Source of the DNA: an uncultured Nitrososphaerota archaeon
GTDB taxonomy: Archaea; Thermoproteota; Nitrososphaeria; Nitrososphaerales; Gagatemarchaeaceae
NCBI GenBank assembly: GCA_963718895.1
Contig: CAVRAG010000008.1
Span: 544,001 to 608,000, forward strand
Reading direction: 5' to 3'
Length of the DNA stretch: 64,000 nucleotides
Part shown: one piece after another, positions 58,623 to 64,000 of the stretch
Position numbering within the stretch: position 1 is the first letter of the stretch
Layout: each line of letters opens with the position of its first letter
Translations under genes and position numbers: made by a program
The notes under the pieces: generated by a model
What the model saw: the letters and a program-made list of their open reading frames with translations, nothing else
Told to the model about the DNA's origin: nothing
The model's database searches: none

Positions 58623-58763
58623 TCTCTGTCGTGCCTTTCGGGACTCTCTTCTCTTATAAGCGTTCGAGTCCCACCCTCGGGGTCGTCCTCTGTTGACGCC
58701 CGGCCGGCGACAACTTGGGGCGGCCCAGCCAAGAATCCGGTCGGAGTCTTGAACTCGCCAGGG

Positions 58764-59288
58764 ATGACCGCGAATAAATATGATTTCGTAGTGGCGAAAC
58801 TGGCGCATGGGTTGGTGAAAACTGCGGGGGAGGCAGAGGGCTCGACAGACTACACCTGGACAGTCCGGGTTCATGGGTTAGCGGTCAAGGAAGCAAAGGC
58901 CTATTCGGGCATGCACGCGTTCTCCATAGGGAAGCAGGCCGGTTTCACAGAGGGAGATCCTCTTCCCAGCGCAGTCGAGTACACCCTGGGGGCCCTCGGA
59001 GGCGATTTGGTCGCGGGTTTCCGAAACCAAGCGGAGAAGCGCGGAGTCGATATCGACGCCGTGGAGTCGGTGGTCACGGGTCGTCTCGGCAATCCGATGG
59101 TCTTCCTGGGAGTGATCGGGGCCGAGGGCAACCCCGGCCTTGAGTCGGTCACTGCAACTCTCTATGTCAGCGCTGAAGCTGATGAGGCCGTATTGCAGGA
59201 GGTGTGGCTCGCCACCCTGGCGACCTCACCACTGGTCAACACGTTCAAACGCTCTGCTCCACTTACGCTTACTTTACGTCGGTCATAA
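58764..59288 (+). CDS. OsmC-like protein lacking the canonical Cys pair; start uncertain
   Basis: PSAVEYTLGALGGDL..GF...RGVDIDAVE...NPG...TSPLVNT. Confidence 0.75.
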   Translation: MTANKYDFVVAKLAHGLVKTAGEAEGSTDYTWTVRVHGLAVKEAKAYSGMHAFSIGKQAGFTEGDPLPSAVEYTLGALGGDLVAGFRNQAEKRGVDIDAVESVVTGRLGNPMVFLGVIGAEGNPGLESVTATLYVSAEADEAVLQEVWLATLATSPLVNTFKRSAPLTLTLRRS

Positions 59289-59457
59289 CCCGCGGTCGCG
59301 AGCGCGACGGTAAGATGGAACTAACCTTGCCGCCCACAGGCCCCGGCTCGTTCCTGCCAGAGGGTCAAATGCCTCGAGACTTCGACCATGGTGTGGCCTC
59401 AGAAAAGGAACACCGTAAGCACATTTAATTACGTGGCAGCCTCGGCATACCCAACCA

Positions 59458-60620
59458 ATGACGGCCTATAGACTGAACGCAGAACAGACCGGTGTCGTTG
59501 AGCGCGCCCGCAAGATCGCCGACGAGGAGATAGCCCCTCACGCCGCCGACGTCGACGCAAGGGGGCGCTTTCCGCAGCGAAGGAATCGACGCACTCGGAC
59601 GTGCCGGGTTTCTCGGGCTGAACATCCCGAAGGAAGAGGGAGGTATGGGCCAAGGGTTGCGCGTCGCAAGCGCCGTGCTGGATGAAATCGCTCAGCGAGA
59701 CGCCTCGCTCGCGATGGTCTACAAGATGCACCTGTGCGGTTGCTCCTGTTATGTCGCTTTTCCTCAGACGGGTAAGGAGTACTTCCCCAAGATCGTCGCC
59801 GGCAAGCACCTGAGCACGCTCGCGTGGAGCGAGCAAGGTTCGCGGAGCCACTTCTGGGCGCCCGCGAGCCAGGCCACAGAGGAGGGCGGGAAGGTCGTCC
59901 TGAACGCCCAGAAATCCTGGGTGACCTCGGCCGGTGAAGCCGACGGATACGTGGTCTCCACGCGGACTGCAGGCGGAACCGCTACGACCGATACCATGCT
60001 CTATCTTGTCTTGAAGGGAGATGCTGGCGCTGCGGGTCGCAGGTGCCTGGAACGGGCTCGGCATGCGGGGCAACGCCAGCAACCCGATGGTTCTGGAGAA
60101 CTGCAGCATCGCTGCCAGCCGCTCACTCTCCAAGAAGAGCGAGGGTTTTCAGACAATGCTCGGTGTTGTTCTTCCCTGGTTCAACCTCGGTAACGAGGCG
60201 ATCTCGGTGGGAATCGCCGAGGCAGCGGTGGCTGCGACCACGACGCACCTCACGTCGAGACGCTTTTCGGACATGAACGATGCCCCACTCTCTGACTTAC
60301 CGACTCTGCGGGCCCGTCTTGCGCAGATGCGGATCGCGACGGATACCGCCCGCGCCCATCTCTCTTCGGTCCTCGACTCGGTCGAGCAACCCGGGCCACA
60401 GACCACCCTGATGGTTCTCGAGTCGAAGGCCGTCGGCGCCGATGCCGCGCTAACCGTCACCGACCTCGGCATGAAGGCCTGCGGCGGAGCTGCCTTCAGC
60501 AGGCACCTCAGCATAGAGCGGAACTTCCGCGACGCTCGAGCGGCCTATGTCATGGCACCTACGTCGGACGTCCTGCAAGAGTTCATCGGGCGGGCCCTCT
60601 GCGGAATGCCTCTGTTCTAG
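59458..60620 (+). CDS. Acyl-CoA dehydrogenase family protein (frameshifts ~59580 and ~60030)
   Basis: IAPHAADVD..RFP, TLAWSEQGSRSHFW, KSWVTSAG, WNGLGMRGNAS, GGAAF, ERNFRDARA. Confidence 0.88.
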
Positions 60621-61464
60621 CCGAGGTCCCAGACCCACGAAGCCCCGTGTCCTAGTGGGAGCGGTGATCTATGACCCGAAGGTCGTGACCATCTGGGAGA
60701 TCATCAAGGGCTTCTTTGTAGACCAAGGGTACGCCATGGACTGCGTCTTCTACAATAGCTACGACCTGATGACGGACGCGCTTGTGGCAGGTCACATCCA
60801 AGTCGCCTGGAACTCTCCCCTTGCCTGGGTCGATGTCGTCCGACGGACAGGTGGCGCGTGCCACGCTGTCGCGATGCGTGACACAGACCGCGACCGGAGG
60901 ACTCACTTCGTGGCACGCCGGAGCAGCAGGCTCGTGCGCCCGGAAGACCTGCGCGGGAAGACCCTGGCCACGGGGGCCAGCGATTCACCGCAGTCCCACC
61001 TGATCCCGCTGCACTACCTGAAGCAGAAGGGTCTAACAGCCGGTCGCGACTTCAACGTTAGGCGCTTTGATCTTCTTGTCGGCAAGCACGGCGACCACGT
61101 CGGTGGTGAGCTCGAAGCCCTGCGGAGCGTGCAACGCGGCGAGAGCGACGCTTGTGCGATACTCGATTTGAACTGGGCGCGCTGGCAGGCGGAGGGGATT
61201 GCCGACGCTGCTTCACTGGTGTCTCTTGGGACGACGGAATCCTTCGACCACTGCAACTTCAGCGTCCTGGAGTCCTTCCCCATTGACGAAGAACGCCGCT
61301 GGGCGACGACGCTCTTCTCCATGAGATACGATAATCCGTCTCACCGGGAAATGATGGACCTGGAGGGACTCAAGGCCTGGCTACCCGGTCGGACATCAGG
61401 CTACGCCGCTCTGACCGAGGCGGTGGTGGAGCAGAAGTTCTTCGAGGGACGCCCAGACCTTTGA
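60547..61464 (+). CDS. PhnD/phosphonate-type substrate-binding-fold protein without a signal peptide; start uncertain (~60620-60655)
   Basis: GAVIYDPKVVTIW, AWNSPLAW, MRDTD, LRGKTLATGASDSPQ, GKHGDH, FDHCNF. Confidence 0.8.
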   Translation: MSWHLRRTSCKSSSGGPSAECLCSSRGPRPTKPRVLVGAVIYDPKVVTIWEIIKGFFVDQGYAMDCVFYNSYDLMTDALVAGHIQVAWNSPLAWVDVVRRTGGACHAVAMRDTDRDRRTHFVARRSSRLVRPEDLRGKTLATGASDSPQSHLIPLHYLKQKGLTAGRDFNVRRFDLLVGKHGDHVGGELEALRSVQRGESDACAILDLNWARWQAEGIADAASLVSLGTTESFDHCNFSVLESFPIDEERRWATTLFSMRYDNPSHREMMDLEGLKAWLPGRTSGYAALTEAVVEQKFFEGRPDL

Positions 61465-62627
61465 CGCGGGAGAATCCCCTGTTCCCTGTCACGTCGGTCG
61501 GGAGCTGGCCGCGCTCCCCCGAGGTGCTGAGGGCACTTCGACAGAGACACGAGGGAGGGGCCTCGGCGGAGACGTTCGAGCGCGTCACAGACGAGGCCGT
61601 GATCGAGGCGCTCCACGCCCAGGAGAGGGCGGGCGTCGATCTCGTGACAGACGGAGAACAGCGGAGGGACAACTTCTACTCTTTTGTTGCCGAGAAGCTG
61701 GACGGCGTGAAGCTCATGACCCTGGCCGAGATGCTGGAAGTGGTCGAGGACAAGGCCAGGTTCGAACGCATCCTCCAGACGCTAGACGTTCCGGCCTACG
61801 CCATGAAGACTGCCACGTGCGTCGGCAAGATCAAGCGGCGTGAACCGCTGGCGCTAGACGAGTACCAGTTCCTCCGAAAGCACACGAAGCGCGCCATCAA
61901 GGTCCCGCTCCCGGGGCCGTATCTGCTGACCCGAGCCATGTGGGTCAGAGAGGTATCGCAAGCCGCGTATCCAACAAAGGAGGACCTCGGGGAGGATGTC
62001 GTCCGGATGATGCGGGAGGAAGTTTTCGCCCTCCGCGACGCCGGCGTGGATTTCATCCAGTTTGACGAGCCGGTCCTGACGGAACTCGTCTTCACCCAGG
62101 GACAGACCAGGACCTTCATGTGCGCCGCGCTCGCCGCGCGCCACGACCCGGCAGAGGAGCTGGAGTTTGCCACCTCTCTCCTGAACCGCGTAGTCGAGGG
62201 GTTGGATGGGGTCAGAACGGGGTTGCACATCTGCCGGGGGAACTGGAGCCAGAACGAGAAGGTCCTGCTGGAGGGCTCCTATCACCCCCTGCTGCCTTAC
62301 CTGAAGCGCATGAAGGTACAGCAGTTCGTGCTGGAGTTTGCCACGCCACGAGCAGGAGGATTGGAGGCCATCGCCGGGCTGCTCGAGGACAGGGAACTGG
62401 GCCTGGGAGTCGTCAATCCTCGCACAGCGGAGATTGAGACGTCCAATCAGATCGTTGCCAGGGCTAAGGAGGCCCTGCGCTACATCCCAGCGGAACGCCT
62501 CTTCCTAAACCCCGACTGCGGCTTCGGGACCTTCGCCCAGAGGCCCCTCAACACGCCCGAAGTAGCGACCCAGAAGCTCGCGGCAATTGCAAGGGCCGCC
62601 GCCAAGTTGAGAGAAGCGTACTCGTGA
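61461..62627 (+). CDS. Cobalamin-independent methionine synthase II-like (single-domain MetE-like) Zn enzyme
   Basis: VGSWPR, QERAGVDLVTDGEQRR, IQFDEP, LHICRGN, LEF, NPDCG. Confidence 0.9.
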   Translation: MTRENPLFPVTSVGSWPRSPEVLRALRQRHEGGASAETFERVTDEAVIEALHAQERAGVDLVTDGEQRRDNFYSFVAEKLDGVKLMTLAEMLEVVEDKARFERILQTLDVPAYAMKTATCVGKIKRREPLALDEYQFLRKHTKRAIKVPLPGPYLLTRAMWVREVSQAAYPTKEDLGEDVVRMMREEVFALRDAGVDFIQFDEPVLTELVFTQGQTRTFMCAALAARHDPAEELEFATSLLNRVVEGLDGVRTGLHICRGNWSQNEKVLLEGSYHPLLPYLKRMKVQQFVLEFATPRAGGLEAIAGLLEDRELGLGVVNPRTAEIETSNQIVARAKEALRYIPAERLFLNPDCGFGTFAQRPLNTPEVATQKLAAIARAAAKLREAYS

Positions 62628-62682
62628 TGGAGGACGCTGCCACCATCCCACCGCTCCAATTGGACTGACTGAGGCCGCTCGA

Positions 62683-63342
62683 TCAGCGTCTAGAAGCGCG
62701 GCGCGGCTTGCCGACGTGGTCTGCGACTATCTTGCCTTCGGCGCGTCTGAGTACCTCATCGAGCGTCGATGGCGAGATCCCCAGCTCGGCCGAGAGAGCC
62801 TTCAGGCTCGTCTCTCGAGGAAACCGGAAGTAGCCGTTCTGTACGGCCAGGCCGACGGCCCGCTCCTGCTTCAGAGTCAGGGACCTGCTGCCCATCTGCT
62901 TGCCGACCTCCGTCACGCTCGCCTCGATGCCATCGCGCTTCAGCTCGGCCAGGAAGCTCTTGACCGATATCTTCCCCGGGAAGACGACGTGCCACTTCAT
63001 GGCAACCTGCCCCCCCGTCCGGGCCACCATTGCGCAGTTCGTGCAGAAGCCCATCATTGAGGACACCGCCTTGCACACAGGTGAGATCTTTGTGACGACA
63101 ATTCCCGAGGCCCTGTGCTTGTCAAAGACACTGAAACTGGTGTAGACGATGTTTGGCTCGGCGCTTATGGCTCGAAGAACGTCTTTGACCGACGAGTGGC
63201 TTGTTACCTCGATCAGCTCTATCATCCCTTTCCGGCCGAACGGTCTGCAATCGACCATCTTTATCATGGCGTTCGACTTGTTCACTACCGAAGTAGCCCA
63301 CTGGTCGACGTGGTCCACCGCTTCGATGGTGACTTCTTTCAA
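62683..63342 (-). CDS. Bacterio-opsin-activator-type HTH-10 transcription regulator
   Basis: LTLKQERAVGLAVQNGYFRFPRETSLKALSAELGISPSTLDEVLRRAEGKI. Confidence 0.9.
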   Translation of the reverse strand: MKEVTIEAVDHVDQWATSVVNKSNAMIKMVDCRPFGRKGMIELIEVTSHSSVKDVLRAISAEPNIVYTSFSVFDKHRASGIVVTKISPVCKAVSSMMGFCTNCAMVARTGGQVAMKWHVVFPGKISVKSFLAELKRDGIEASVTEVGKQMGSRSLTLKQERAVGLAVQNGYFRFPRETSLKALSAELGISPSTLDEVLRRAEGKIVADHVGKPRRASRR

Positions 63343-63562
63343 GTAAGGTGCCTCATTTCTTCGGATCGAAACATTGGTAGGATTACTCTTTGTTTCAAAC
63401 GTGACACCGCGCTGTGATTTCCGTGTTGTGCGTCAGGCACGTTCGTATAAAAAGACATCCCCAATCAGTTGGGGATGTGCATCTCCGCGGAATCGGACGC
63501 GCCCGCTGGCTCAGGGGACCTGGCGCAACTGGGACCTCTTCCTTGCCTCGGTTGAGAAACCT

Positions 63563-63976
63563 CTACACGAGTGAGATGGACTTTTTCTTCACGTCAACGG
63601 TGAGTTTGAAGTTCCTCAGGAAGCTTCGACCGAGCATGAAGTCGAAAGTGATGAAGCGTGGGGTCTCCAGCTCGAGCACGACGGCCTCAACATCCTTTGC
63701 GACGAGGCTCCCCACGGACACCTTCTGGAGCTTCACGAGGATTCCCCTTTCTATCCCGCGCATCTCCGTGAACCGTGGCACGGCCTCAGGGTGGAGTCTC
63801 TCCTCGTCAGGATGCTTGTTTCCGGCTTGGGCGTAGCCCATGTCCACCGCATCCATGGAGAGAATCGTGCAGTAGGGGGAGTTGAAGTTGATAATCGAGC
63901 TCAGCTCTCGCACGACGCCCATCCTGCCCTCTACACGAGCGGTCACCAGGGCGGGTTCCTTCAGCGGAAGCTTCAA
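63563..63976 (-). CDS. Retropepsin-like (clan AA) aspartic protease homolog, apparently non-catalytic
   Basis: V.ARVEG...SIINFNSPYCTI at the DTG position; C-terminal DFMLGRSFL. Confidence 0.55.
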   Translation of the reverse strand: MKLPLKEPALVTARVEGRMGVVRELSSIINFNSPYCTILSMDAVDMGYAQAGNKHPDEERLHPEAVPRFTEMRGIERGILVKLQKVSVGSLVAKDVEAVVLELETPRFITFDFMLGRSFLRNFKLTVDVKKKSISLV

Positions 63977-64000
63977 CCTTGCACCCCCTTCCTCACGTCC

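Overview
A GC-rich archaeal chromosomal segment, most consistent with a non-ammonia-oxidising Nitrososphaerota/TACK lineage. That placement is an inference from the archaeal PEP carboxylase, aIF1/SUI1, TATA-box promoters and multi-intron tRNAs. The assembly is noisy: many conserved genes are split by single-base indels, and a 1266-nt poly-T run (9717-10982) is almost certainly a gap or artefact. Housekeeping content: a pstSCAB-phoU operon with a divergent AbrB-PhoU regulator, two tRNA genes with three introns each (Asn-GTT; Ile2/Met-CAT), ppcA, csaA, a heptose/NDP-sugar glycosylation cluster and a complete coproporphyrin-dependent heme pathway. Most notable accessory content: (1) a tnpB gene bounded by IS6-like terminal inverted repeats with 8-bp target duplications, plus a 249-bp MITE with the same ends that keeps only the omegaRNA-like 3' region; both sit 6 bp from the same TATA-like motif; (2) a three-gene operon encoding a membrane-anchored duplicated tail-fibre/collar-like protein, a YVTN beta-propeller and a signal-peptide-bearing RHS toxin; (3) an unexplained cluster of prenyltransferase, lipocalin-like, SCP2-like and Cys-rich beta proteins; (4) small islands on both sides of the tRNA-CAT gene; (5) an OsmC/ACAD/SBP/MetE-like operon with atypical catalytic residues. 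All family assignments come from motif recognition by eye, not database searches.
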